64,000 bases of DNA from a virus (IMGVR_UViG_2609460327_000001:1-64000); one strand, 5' to 3'. Positions 47,808 to 57,046 are shown, counted from the first letter of the stretch. Notes: a model not told the origin generated them from the letters alone. Numbers and translations are program-made.

Positions 47808-48269
47808 TCAGCGCGCGAGACTTTCAGCCAAATAAAGCAGTGATGTTTTCGCAGGAGCTACATAGCTTCCAAGCTTCTCTTTTATATAATTGTAATACGT
47901 TACTTTTAGGGATGAATCACTGCTGAAACCGCCATCTATAAGCCCTCGTATGAATTGATCCGTCTCTAATTCGGTCTTAAATTCGTACTCCTTCTCCGGA
48001 TTTTCACTATCTAATAGTTGCACAGTGATACGCCTTGCAATATCACCACATATATCCTTTTCTACCTCAGTATATAATTCTTCGATAATCTGATTTAATT
48101 GCCAATATTTCTTCCAACCGCCTACCTCAACATGGTAGCCGGAACATTCCATTGGCGTCTTATCTAGCTGATCTGCAAGCTTTAAGGCTTCAGAGTAATT
48201 AGAGTTACCAAAATCTATTGTTACAGTCTCGTTACATTTTAGGCATGTTGTTTTGACTTGTCTTCCCAT
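47808..48269 (-). CDS. Hypothetical protein
   Basis: CLKC...CSGYH; GAGGAG RBS. Confidence 0.7.
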   Translation of the reverse strand: MGRQVKTTCLKCNETVTIDFGNSNYSEALKLADQLDKTPMECSGYHVEVGGWKKYWQLNQIIEELYTEVEKDICGDIARRITVQLLDSENPEKEYEFKTELETDQFIRGLIDGGFSSDSSLKVTYYNYIKEKLGSYVAPAKTSLLYLAESLAR

Positions 48270-48496
48270 TGAATTTCTTCCTCCTCTATAATGATTTCCT
48301 CAATACTTTGTCTTCGAAGATCCCATCTAATATAAAATGCAAATAAAGCGACAAGAGCTAAGATTATTAGGATTCCGAAGGGTTCCAGTAAAATAGCTAA
48401 AGTCGCAAGGAAAGCACCTATTAATATGCAAACCAGTAATCTGTCTGCAATGAAATCTAATCCAGGACCAACAACATCCATAAATGATCTTTTCAT
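48239..48496 (-). CDS. Two-TM membrane protein
   Basis: Long hydrophobic stretch. Confidence 0.65.
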   Translation of the reverse strand: MKRSFMDVVGPGLDFIADRLLVCILIGAFLATLAILLEPFGILIILALVALFAFYIRWDLRRQSIEEIIIEEEEIQWEDKSKQHA

Positions 48497-48717
48497 TAGA
48501 CAACCGCCCTTACAATCGGATTCTGAATATAAGCAAACGCGATCGTAAAAGGAATGTTTGCAGGCTTATTTGTCTTAAGATCGATAACATTCTTAAAAGT
48601 ACAGAATGTATAGCTTGTGTCTTCTACTACACCCAAATAGAGCTTTCCAAAATAAATAAACTCAACACGAGCATTAATTCTTGCCCATCCTGGACGATTC
48701 TTGTCTTGTGGCAGCAT
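48496..48717 (-). CDS. Small beta-rich hypothetical protein (Sm/SH3-like pattern)
   Basis: GGAGG RBS; VEFIY.GKLYLGVV. Confidence 0.6.
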   Translation of the reverse strand: MLPQDKNRPGWARINARVEFIYFGKLYLGVVEDTSYTFCTFKNVIDLKTNKPANIPFTIAFAYIQNPIVRAVV

Positions 48718-48730
48718 ATTGCCCTCCTTC

Positions 48731-49246
48731 TTATGAAACCGCCATTGCTGTTTCATATATCGTTTGTTTTGCTTTCATTGCATATTCACTTGAAATATGA
48801 ATAGCTTCGATATTATTCTCAGGAGCTGGACTGTCGGCCATATAATGGACTTTATAGCTTATAGTCTTTGACTCCAAAAGAGCATGAATTTGACGCCATA
48901 AATCCTCATGTTTGAGCTGATCGCCATTAGCTTTCTTGAAATCATTTTTAGCCCATTGATGAATCAGCTTATTTAGCCCCGCACTGACTTGCGGAATGCC
49001 GGTATAGATATGGACAAAGGCTTTTTTCTTTATTTCTTTAAGTCCTTCAAGAACTGCTTTAAGCGTCATTCGAGTTACAGTTGTATCCTTGCCATAGCCA
49101 CCAAGAGTTTTTTTATAATGCTGGCCACCCATAGCAGAATGAAGCATGACACAATAGCCTCCATCCTTATTGGTGTTAGCAGTACCGGATACCCACATTT
49201 CAATGCGCAAACAGTCAAATTCTTTCTTTCCTTTTGTGCCACTCAT
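48731..49246 (-). CDS. RNase HI-fold protein, predicted catalytically inactive
   Basis: Aligns by eye with RNase HI (GGY, TT..RM.L.AV.EGL, W..N.FK, DLW..I) but lacks the catalytic carboxylates. Confidence 0.75.
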   Translation of the reverse strand: MSGTKGKKEFDCLRIEMWVSGTANTNKDGGYCVMLHSAMGGQHYKKTLGGYGKDTTVTRMTLKAVLEGLKEIKKKAFVHIYTGIPQVSAGLNKLIHQWAKNDFKKANGDQLKHEDLWRQIHALLESKTISYKVHYMADSPAPENNIEAIHISSEYAMKAKQTIYETAMAVS

Positions 49247-49469
49247 CTTAAGCGACCTCCTATATAAAATAATGATATTTGCTGAAACATTTGATAAATC
49301 AAAATATTTGAATCACCAAATCTATCAACAAATTGCCTGATTTTGCATTCTTAATATGACATATTTCATACTACATATGATTTGAGTGCTCAAGAAATAG
49401 AAAAAGACCCACATCATATGATATGAGTCTAAATCGTATTTCATATATAGTATTTAGTAGAGTGGAGCA

Positions 49470-49850
49470 TCATTTTTTCCGAAAAAGATGATATAAATCT
49501 TTGACATGATCTGGAAGCTGGTCGAAGATTTCCTTGGGCATATCATCAATGTTTCCACCAAATACATTGACATAGCTGCTTAATTCAGGTTTTTGGAATG
49601 GGTCAAAGCTCTCTTCTTTGTTAGAAGGTGAAGGCATTTTTTTAAGCTCTTGGAATTTAGCCTTCTTAGCTTCCTTGATCTGCTCTTGAATGATTAATTT
49701 AAAAGTATCTCCAATACTATCGACAGTTGCTTCTTTCAAAGAAACTGAAATCTCATCAGCTTTAAGATTAAACTGACTTTCTTTATCTGAACCTTCTACT
49801 GGGTTAACGACATGGATAGATAGACCTTTGATTGTGATGTTAGCTTGCAT
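49470..49850 (-). CDS. Hypothetical protein
   Basis: GGAGG RBS. Confidence 0.7.
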   Translation of the reverse strand: MQANITIKGLSIHVVNPVEGSDKESQFNLKADEISVSLKEATVDSIGDTFKLIIQEQIKEAKKAKFQELKKMPSPSNKEESFDPFQKPELSSYVNVFGGNIDDMPKEIFDQLPDHVKDLYHLFRKK

Positions 49851-49888
49851 GATTAAATTCCTCCAAAGTATGTTTTATTATTTAACTT

Positions 49889-49918
49889 CAAAAAGCCCCC
49901 GCAGTCGTTAGACTGCTT
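49889..49918 (-). repeat. Hairpin-box junction element, copy 6
   Basis: GCAGTC-TAAC-GACTGC-GGGGGCTTTTTG. Confidence 0.75.
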
Positions 49919-50141
49919 ATTTGAAACGTCTAGTGCGACGATCCTCAAGTACATTACGAACGGCATTTCTATAGTTGGCACGGTTAAGCTTGGGATCCTT
50001 GGCTTCCCTCTTATTCGCTTGATGAACAGCTTCAGATCTTGCAATATGCTGATGTGTGGCCATCATATGTCCAAGAAGCAATCCACTCTTACCGTTAATT
50101 TGATAAGCCAGGGAATCAATAAGATAAAGATTCTCATCCAC
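49917..50141 (-). CDS. Hypothetical protein
   Basis: Overlaps the upstream stop; RBS present. Confidence 0.55.
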   Translation of the reverse strand: MDENLYLIDSLAYQINGKSGLLLGHMMATHQHIARSEAVHQANKREAKDPKLNRANYRNAVRNVLEDRRTRRFK

Positions 50142-50619
50142 CAGACTCCACCTCCTTAATAAAGTCAGAAAGCTTCATTTTGTCATGGTCGGGTATCATC
50201 GTATAATTTACACCCTTCTCATGATACGCCAGTTCTCGACTCGTAGTACGAGAACCTGTCTGATCATAGACCTTGATCCAAAAATCGACACGATCACGCT
50301 CGACTACTGTCGCATTAAAGTCGAATCGAAGCGGGTAGAAAAACCCACGATCTTTGACTCTAAGTACATAAAGTAGAGGTATTTCGCCACTGTGTGAAGA
50401 AAACGAATCACCATGAAAGTAAGGGATAGAATAATAATATCCATCTTGATTAGAAACATCCATTCGATCCATTGGCTGCTCTTGAATATCAAAGAAATCT
50501 TCTGATACATATGTAGCGAATATTCCAAGACCAGCTTGGAATTTAACGTGGAAATCATGAGAAAGTTCAGGATAGCCCGAAGGGCGTGATCTCAGCCATT
50601 CTTTAAGGTTGTTATTCAT
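50134..50619 (-). CDS. Hypothetical protein
   Basis: ATGA coupling. Confidence 0.7.
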   Translation of the reverse strand: MNNNLKEWLRSRPSGYPELSHDFHVKFQAGLGIFATYVSEDFFDIQEQPMDRMDVSNQDGYYYSIPYFHGDSFSSHSGEIPLLYVLRVKDRGFFYPLRFDFNATVVERDRVDFWIKVYDQTGSRTTSRELAYHEKGVNYTMIPDHDKMKLSDFIKEVESGG

Positions 50620-51143
50620 ACGACACCTTCTTTATTGTAATGTATTACACGAACCTGTAATCCTTTATTCTTAGCGATATTAATCATGCCTGCTGTTCCT
50701 TTGCTAATGCTATCCCAGAAGGCCACAAGAGCATCGCCATTATCGGCCATATCAGCATTTCGCCTATGTCCAGCAGAACGATCAACAGGACCTCTCGGAC
50801 CCCTAGGGCGCCAATTAGGGATGTATGTATCTATAAAGTATCCTCTTTCATTGGCATATCGCTCTCCTAGCATGTCTGCACCTATAGCATTTCCTGAAAC
50901 AATCACGATGTTCTTCTTGTGTTGCAAGAGATGATCCAAATGTCTGCTAAGCAGTGCGTAATCATCGAAGTCGCGTGACCCGGCTACAACAAGTCTGAAG
51001 TATTCATCCACTTCAATAACATCCACGATAGATATGGCCGAATCATCCAGATTCCACATCTTCTCTACGTCTAATGGATCCTTGCAGTACTGCACTTTAA
51101 GTTCGCTATAGTTGGTGTCGTCTCTGTATTGTACAAGATACAT
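50616..51143 (-). CDS. YspA/DUF2493 SLOG-family protein
   Basis: VVAGSRDF, VSGNAIGAD, AGHRRN and AFWD..SKGT..MI motifs. Confidence 0.85.
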   Translation of the reverse strand: MYLVQYRDDTNYSELKVQYCKDPLDVEKMWNLDDSAISIVDVIEVDEYFRLVVAGSRDFDDYALLSRHLDHLLQHKKNIVIVSGNAIGADMLGERYANERGYFIDTYIPNWRPRGPRGPVDRSAGHRRNADMADNGDALVAFWDSISKGTAGMINIAKNKGLQVRVIHYNKEGVV

Positions 51144-51157
51144 CGAAAAATGTCTCC

Positions 51158-51277
51158 TCAATTCATATATTTTTGTTGTATTGCCTTACATTTTAGTACA
51201 AAACGACGGATTTTGCGATAGTCACCGATTAAATGGCATGCTACATAGATACCAAGCACGATACCGAAAACAGTCAA
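51158..51277 (-). CDS. 39-aa membrane peptide MTVFGIVLGIYVACHLIGDYRKIRRFVLKCKAIQQKYMN
   Basis: Translated by hand; GGAGGAGG RBS, TTG start. Confidence 0.55.
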   Translation of the reverse strand: MTVFGIVLGIYVACHLIGDYRKIRRFVLKCKAIQQKYMN

Positions 51278-51674
51278 TTTAGTTAGCCTCCCTCCACTGG
51301 AATAGAACATTACACGAACAGTATGTGTACAATTTGTGAACGTTTTAGGATTGGGTGTATATACCCTATGTTTTCCGGTAATTCTTTATATATAGAAGCA
51401 AGCTTACTTAAGAATAGATAGATTACATTCAATTCAAGAGTTAGCTTACTTCTGATGTAGATAGAAAAATAAAAAGGTGGAGCAAAAACGGCAGCTACCT
51501 TTAATAGAATGAGCTATCGTATAGAATCGTCAGTTCATTCTATTGAGAGTAACATTCATTAGTAAGATACATAAATAATCGGCCTTCGGGAGAGGTCTGT
51601 CCAAATGAGGCAGAGCATAAAACCTTTAAAACCCTATGCAATGGTTTAGTTATCCCATATAGGGAAACGAATCT

Positions 51675-51974
51675 TTAGGAGTGAGCAGTCTCTAATGACA
51701 GCACCTCCTCTACTTTATTTTCGAGAGCCTGGCGATCACGGGAATAGAAAGTATACTTCCCTTTCACGAAAGGCTTAGGGCCTTCCTCGATAATGATATC
51801 TCCTTTACTCCGAGTAGCGACAACCAAAGCAAAGTTATTCTGAATAGGCTTCATAAAATATCTGATGATCTGTTTATTATCCATGATATGACACTCCTTT
51901 AAATATAGTATGGTACTGCTATACTCCCGAGTTGGGAGCCCGCGCTTGGCCAAAAGCCTATTTATAGTCGCCAA
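51675..51974 (-). CDS. Hypothetical protein
   Basis: ORF; true start probably the internal MDNKQ. Confidence 0.55.
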   Translation of the reverse strand: MATINRLLAKRGLPTREYSSTILYLKECHIMDNKQIIRYFMKPIQNNFALVVATRSKGDIIIEEGPKPFVKGKYTFYSRDRQALENKVEEVLSLETAHS

Positions 51975-51980
51975 GCCGAC

Positions 51981-52232
51981 TTAGAAAAAGAGGGATGCTG
52001 ATTGTCTGATGCATTCTTGTTTGAGATGCTGATTTTTGACAAATAAGTCAACGAGCATTAATTTGAGTGCGCTTTCAGGAATATCTTTGATCTGTTCGGA
52101 CACCCAATGAGTAAGCAAATTACTTTCAGTTTCGATATCAAATGAAGCATTCTCGATATAAGCGGACATATTATCAAGGTATTGTTTGGCTTGATCATCG
52201 GTCATTTTCTCTTGTGCGACAGCAGTTAACAT
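51981..52232 (-). CDS. Hypothetical protein
   Basis: GGAG RBS. Confidence 0.65.
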   Translation of the reverse strand: MLTAVAQEKMTDDQAKQYLDNMSAYIENASFDIETESNLLTHWVSEQIKDIPESALKLMLVDLFVKNQHLKQECIRQSASLFF

Positions 52233-52233
52233 T

Positions 52234-52506
52234 TTATTCGCTCCAATCTATTTGAGTTTGATATGCTTCTAAAGCTTGTTGTCGATACCAGTCGGCTGCT
52301 TTAAAGCTGATCGGCATCGGACGATAAATCTTGATGTTTAGTTCAGCACACTTTTGTTCGATCTCACCTAGGATTTGACGGCATTCGTCATCCTTATCTT
52401 GAAGATAGAATGTATCAGCTCTGATTAAATCAATACTGAGCTGGGCGGGGAGAGGGGTGCGCTGTAAACAATAGATGTGATCATCTAAGCTAGTGTAATT
52501 AAACAT
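52234..52506 (-). CDS. Hypothetical protein
   Basis: AAGGAG RBS before ATG 52506. Confidence 0.65.
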   Translation of the reverse strand: MFNYTSLDDHIYCLQRTPLPAQLSIDLIRADTFYLQDKDDECRQILGEIEQKCAELNIKIYRPMPISFKAADWYRQQALEAYQTQIDWSE

Positions 52507-52517
52507 AATTAGTCTCC

Positions 52518-52664
52518 TTAGAAAGGGACGCATTCTAAACAGAAATGGTCATCTATGCATCCACATGGTTTGTATGTATGAATGTCTTGCTCATAGCCAG
52601 TCGGATCGAAATCCCAGTGCATCTGCTGGAACTCCGGATCGTCGAAAATAAATACATTTTTCAT
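52518..52664 (-). CDS. 48-aa acidic Cys-rich peptide
   Basis: Translated by hand; AGGAGG RBS; CGC..H.CLEC. Confidence 0.55.
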   Translation of the reverse strand: MKNVFIFDDPEFQQMHWDFDPTGYEQDIHTYKPCGCIDDHFCLECVPF

Positions 52665-52715
52665 AAGTCTTCCTCCTAATAAAAAAGCCCGCTCCATTAA
52701 GGAACAGGCTTAGGT

Positions 52716-52952
52716 TTAATTTGTGGTTGATTCTAACTCGTTATAGTATTCATCAAACTCGTATTCAAACTTTCGATCTATTACTGTGCCTTCTTCATTA
52801 AAAACAACTAGCATAGGAACTCCGAGAAGATACTCGCGAATTTCAAAATCGAGTCCTCGCTGATAAAGCTCGCCACCTATCATACCAAGTATTAAATCGT
52901 AGGCGTTATTTATTCTTTCAATTTCCTTCTGAATCTTAGGATCTTTTGGCAT
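52716..52952 (-). CDS. Hypothetical protein
   Basis: AAGGAGG RBS, followed by a terminator. Confidence 0.7.
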   Translation of the reverse strand: MPKDPKIQKEIERINNAYDLILGMIGGELYQRGLDFEIREYLLGVPMLVVFNEEGTVIDRKFEYEFDEYYNELESTTN

Positions 52953-53083
52953 CTACATATAATTCCTCCTTCTAGTAGTTTGCTAGAATTATACAATTGT
53001 GTTAAGCATATTAATAGTACTAATCAATAGTACGAAAACACGTCCTGATAAATGAAAGAGCCAAGCTTAATTACCTAATCGCA

Positions 53084-53202
53084 TCGTATAAGTATTTAAT
53101 ATATCATATGAAATAGGAATTATATAATATATCATACGATATAACTGTTATCGCATATGATATAAGACTTAAATCATATGAAATATCTTATAAATCATAT
53201 GA
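53084..53202. repeat. Array of TCATATGA-type palindromes with a 21-bp period
   Basis: Copies at 53084, 53104, 53132, 53153, 53174 and 53195. Confidence 0.7.
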
Positions 53203-53206
53203 AATA

Positions 53207-53425
53207 CTATTGAGCGGATTCAGATAGCTCCATTAGATAAGCCGAATAAATAAAGAACATCATAAGTATAATTGCTCCTATAACCTCAAACTTGCGCTTT
53301 AGCGGGATTTTAGGATTTCTGAGAGCGGGAATAGCGATGATAAAGCATAGGAAAAGAAACAGCTCGAATATGATAACAGCAATTGTATTATACGTCTGGT
53401 TTATATCTATGATTATAACCTCCAA
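53207..53425 (-). CDS. Two-TM membrane protein
   Basis: Two hydrophobic helices. Confidence 0.6.
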   Translation of the reverse strand: MEVIIIDINQTYNTIAVIIFELFLFLCFIIAIPALRNPKIPLKRKFEVIGAIILMMFFIYSAYLMELSESAQ

Positions 53426-53502
53426 TCATATTCTGTTTCGCTGCTAGTACAGCTCATCAGTACGGTTTGATTACCGCAGACAGAATAGGGGAGAGGCCCC
53501 CC

Positions 53503-53757
53503 TTATTTTTGCATTGGTATACGAACGATCATACCTGGCTTAAGATCACCTGGATTATGTAAGTTGCTTTTATCAATCATATAGGCGACGATGGCACGTT
53601 TATCTGTATCAATGTCACTTTGCTCAGCAATACTCCAAAGTGTATCGCCAGAATCAACAACATAGTCAACATATGCAGGATCAGGCTGCCATGCAATAAT
53701 GCCAATAGTAGTACAGAGAGTGATAAAGAATGCGATAGCAAGTGATTTAGTTTTCAT
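53503..53757 (-). CDS. Membrane-anchored LysM protein (YneA-like architecture)
   Basis: TM segment plus YVVDSGDTLWSIA..LKPG..RIP. Confidence 0.85.
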   Translation of the reverse strand: MKTKSLAIAFFITLCTTIGIIAWQPDPAYVDYVVDSGDTLWSIAEQSDIDTDKRAIVAYMIDKSNLHNPGDLKPGMIVRIPMQK

Positions 53758-53843
53758 AGGTAAAACCTCCAGTTTATGATTGAATAAGAAAAAGGACTGC
53801 TATATAGACAGTCCTCATAAAGCCCTTGCTATCGTTAGATAGC

Positions 53844-54077
53844 CTAGAAATGATATTGCTCACAAGAGATAATTTCATCCTCATGAAGAAGAAGATCAAT
53901 GAGAAGAGTAGTCCCAGAAGCTAAATCGAAAGAGATAGCATAATCAAAGTGAAAGTTTTCACCTTCTCGTTTAGAAAAAGACGCCTGAATGTTTCTTTCT
54001 TTGGTGTCCTTGATGTTGTATAGTCGTCCTGGAATCATGAGAACTTTGTTTACTGGGTGTAGAATAGGTGGTTGCAT
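53844..54077 (-). CDS. Small beta-barrel-like hypothetical protein
   Basis: MIPGRLY pattern shared with the 57.4-58.7 kb array. Confidence 0.65.
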   Translation of the reverse strand: MQPPILHPVNKVLMIPGRLYNIKDTKERNIQASFSKREGENFHFDYAISFDLASGTTLLIDLLLHEDEIISCEQYHF

Positions 54078-54139
54078 GTAGAAAATCTCCTTTGAATTAG
54101 AAATAAAAAAGACTGCCTAAGTGGCAGCCGAAGGTAAAA

Positions 54140-54523
54140 CTATTCATCCATCTCGCCAATATCGACAGTTACTGTTGATATCTCATATCGATATATTGGA
54201 ACGCTTAATAATTTATAATTAAATTTGGCAGGCGAGTCTGGAAATGCTCTGAACATATTGCGCTTCTCGAAAATAACAATCTCATCATCACCATTATCTT
54301 TTCTGGTCAAAACAATATAATCCAGGCGATCTATGATGTCATATTCTATGAATGGAATGAGCTTATTTACAACTTCTTCGAAATACTTATGAATTGGATC
54401 AACAGTTATTACAGTAGCTCCATCGTGGGAAGTTAGACCATGATTTAGGTATTCATCAATCAAGTCATGCAGGAAATAATCTAAATCTAAATTGCTTACT
54501 GTCAAAAGAATCCGTCCCCTCAA
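54140..54523 (-). CDS. Hypothetical protein
   Basis: ORF followed by a terminator. Confidence 0.6.
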   Translation of the reverse strand: MRGRILLTVSNLDLDYFLHDLIDEYLNHGLTSHDGATVITVDPIHKYFEEVVNKLIPFIEYDIIDRLDYIVLTRKDNGDDEIVIFEKRNMFRAFPDSPAKFNYKLLSVPIYRYEISTVTVDIGEMDE

Positions 54524-54540
54524 AATAGAATAATTTACCT

Positions 54541-54972
54541 TTAAAACAATAGCATAGAATCATTCTGATTGGCAGTGCTAATCCAACCGCATTGATCCTC
54601 AAAATGAATAAGCTCAGCTTGATCAATTACGGATCCATCAAGAGTATGAAATTCTCGAGAACGGTAAGGATTATATCTTACTTGAACATTAAGATCTGCA
54701 GACTTGTCTGAATCAATAGCAACAAGAGTTCCGGAGAAGACAGCACAAACAGCTCGTTGTTTCTTCTCTTGAATAGAATCATATTTGCTCTGAATAATAC
54801 GAGAACGAGCCGACCTAATGGTGACTCGCTCTGCATAAGCCAATACTTTATTATATGTAGGACTCTTAGGCTGACGATCAAGAATACTGAATACACCTTT
54901 CTTATTCAGATTCACATAAACGTCAACACGCTGTCCTATAATTGGATTCCCATTTCGTATTTCCAATATCAT
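54541..54972 (-). CDS. Conserved phage hypothetical protein
   Basis: VY.NL.K..FSI..V.A...G..VRYNPY pattern. Confidence 0.75.
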   Translation of the reverse strand: MILEIRNGNPIIGQRVDVYVNLNKKGVFSILDRQPKSPTYNKVLAYAERVTIRSARSRIIQSKYDSIQEKKQRAVCAVFSGTLVAIDSDKSADLNVQVRYNPYRSREFHTLDGSVIDQAELIHFEDQCGWISTANQNDSMLLF

Positions 54973-54983
54973 ATGCTCCTTTA

Positions 54984-55238
54984 CTATACGGCAGCGCTGA
55001 TAAGCGCAGAGTCCACACGAATGATTGATTCATAAGAAAACTGGCAATTCACATCGAAAGTAATCTCACCTTCAGCAGTACGCTTTTCAGCATTATTCAT
55101 GCGGACAACATAAGGGAGGTTAGGGTCGATAAAACATTCACCAGTATATTGAGTTCCATTGATAACAGTAACCGTGTTGATCTTGCCAGGGGAGAGAAGA
55201 CTATCATAGCGGCGATCATAACCAAACATTAAATCCAT
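54984..55238 (-). CDS. Small beta-barrel-like protein with MDLMFGY N-terminus
   Basis: LSPGK..V..INGTQYTG. Confidence 0.7.
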   Translation of the reverse strand: MDLMFGYDRRYDSLLSPGKINTVTVINGTQYTGECFIDPNLPYVVRMNNAEKRTAEGEITFDVNCQFSYESIIRVDSALISAAV

Positions 55239-55273
55239 TCGACCACGTCCTTGTATGAAATAAAAAAGCTCAC

Positions 55274-55465
55274 CTATTGGCGAGCTTTAATCGTTGCTTG
55301 TATTCGTTTATTAATTTCTTTTCTATTTCTGATAAAGGCACTGACATTAGAAGTGTCAACTCCAGGCAATGTTTGTTCAACATAATGACCGTTAGTGTGT
55401 CGATCAGCGGCTTTTTCTAATTCTTTGAAGCGTCGATCAAGTATTTCTTTGTCCATGTTAATCAC
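55274..55465 (-). CDS. Small hypothetical protein
   Basis: GAGG RBS; follows the GNAT gene. Confidence 0.6.
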   Translation of the reverse strand: MINMDKEILDRRFKELEKAADRHTNGHYVEQTLPGVDTSNVSAFIRNRKEINKRIQATIKARQ

Positions 55466-55470
55466 CTCTC

Positions 55471-55941
55471 TTATAAGTATACATTAACCAAATGCTGAGC
55501 GGTAGTCTCAGATACAATCATATCTTGGCCACTTATAGGAACCGCACCTAAAGATGAGAAATAATTGACCAGTTTAGTCTTAGCTTTCAGGCCAATAAAA
55601 CCTTCGTGACCTAGTTCCATGCTTCGTTTACAGCAAAATGCAAATAAATGAGCTCCAATATGAGAAAACTGTTTATTAATCGGATCCCTATTACGGGGTG
55701 AGCTTTCGATTAAAAGCATAAAAACATGATCTTCTTTCTTTTCCAGTGCAATGGCGCCTTGTATTGTACCACTAGGATCACCTGTAACAACCATTTTATA
55801 CACTTCTACTTTAGGAGCGTTAAAATAAATATTCCAGTCAAAAGAAGGCTCCCATCCAGTTTTATTCATAAATTTGACATCTGCTTTGGTTAAAGGAAGG
55901 AAGGATACGGGATATTCTTCACCATTTCTATGTAGAATCAT
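55471..55941 (-). CDS. GNAT-fold acetyltransferase-like protein
   Basis: IQGAIAL..LIESSP.N..IGAHLFAF..GFIGL.AKT.LV.YF..LGA. Confidence 0.7.
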   Translation of the reverse strand: MILHRNGEEYPVSFLPLTKADVKFMNKTGWEPSFDWNIYFNAPKVEVYKMVVTGDPSGTIQGAIALEKKEDHVFMLLIESSPRNRDPINKQFSHIGAHLFAFCCKRSMELGHEGFIGLKAKTKLVNYFSSLGAVPISGQDMIVSETTAQHLVNVYL

Positions 55942-56104
55942 TTTGCTAAAAGAACTCCTTTCATAAGCGGAAAATGCGGTTCTTTGATCATATTAGCATA
56001 ATAAATATGCTTAATGATTTATTTCACTAATTAAATTATTAATGTAATGAAATAAATAATGAACATAATAAAAGCCGCCCAATAACGAGCGGCAATGAAA
56101 CACA

Positions 56105-56509
56105 TTACATAGAAAAAGATAATCTAGGCGGCATCATATAATGGACGCCTACACGTAAAGCCATCTTAGCTTTATCTATATCCTTATAGTATCCAGATAT
56201 GCGATCGTGGTGAAGGCAGACATCAAGTTCAAAATCATAAGAGTCATAGCCAATATAATATCCTGCGGCTGAGTGCATAATCTTTTCAGGGGAGACGAGA
56301 TTACCATAAACATCAAAGTTGTAACGGTATGTATTATCTAAGTATTCAAACAGTAAAGATTTAGCTTTAGTAACTGAATAGTCAGGCTCATAAATAAAGA
56401 TGCCTTCTGATTCAAGTATGTCCATCAAAAGACTGCGGGAGATATTCTGAGCGGCAGGGTAGAGAGGTAAAATAGAATCTAAAAGTTCTACAACTTGCAT
56501 AGTATTCAT
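56105..56509 (-). CDS. Hypothetical protein
   Basis: HSAAGYYIG..RISGYY motif; GGAG RBS. Confidence 0.7.
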   Translation of the reverse strand: MNTMQVVELLDSILPLYPAAQNISRSLLMDILESEGIFIYEPDYSVTKAKSLLFEYLDNTYRYNFDVYGNLVSPEKIMHSAAGYYIGYDSYDFELDVCLHHDRISGYYKDIDKAKMALRVGVHYMMPPRLSFSM

Positions 56510-56575
56510 ATGTATAGTCTCCAATCTAGTTAAAATGTAATGCGTTAAATTATATATCGGATAACATAATAATAT

Positions 56576-56604
56576 CATAAAGACCTCGGAGCCGTTAGGC
56601 TCCT
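56576..56604 (-). repeat. Hairpin-box junction element, copy 7
   Basis: GGAGCC-TAAC-GGCTCC-GAGGTCTTTATG. Confidence 0.65.
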
Positions 56605-57046
56605 ACAAGGCACCGACATAGTTGTAGTAATCGCCTTCAGAAGCAAAGGCGCCACCAAATGGACCGTCATTCTCATCATCGCATGGTGTGCCAAACTGAG
56701 AGATATATTCATGACCATCAGCATACCAAGCGCGAAGACCAAGCATGTATAAATCGTTATTAACCACAAAGCCGCCAAACTCATCATCAAGCTCTTGTTT
56801 TAAAGCAGGATTAGCATCTGGATAGTATTTCAAATCAATTTCAGGCTTGCTGATAACCGGTACGATAAGAGCAGGATCATAGCCTTGATCACGCATCTTG
56901 TTGATGATGTCATTACAGCATGCTTCTGCCCACATCTCAATACGAAGATCAGAAGAGCTGAAGCACTCAGGATTGTGTGAAGATGCTTTGTAGCCATAAA
57001 ACATCATAGAAATCACATGTTCAAAGTTTTCGTTATGTATACGCAT
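56603..57046 (-). CDS. Hypothetical acidic protein
   Basis: GGAGG RBS before ATG 57046. Confidence 0.7.
   Translation of the reverse strand: MRIHNENFEHVISMMFYGYKASSHNPECFSSSDLRIEMWAEACCNDIINKMRDQGYDPALIVPVISKPEIDLKYYPDANPALKQELDDEFGGFVVNNDLYMLGLRAWYADGHEYISQFGTPCDDENDGPFGGAFASEGDYYNYVGAL

Noticed and set aside
51304-51345. GAAC words resembling a LexA/SOS box
   Set aside because: Direct rather than inverted arrangement; no GAAC-N4-GTTC
53084-53202. CRISPR-like periodicity
   Set aside because: 8-bp cores with about 13-bp gaps are far too short; no cas genes in the window
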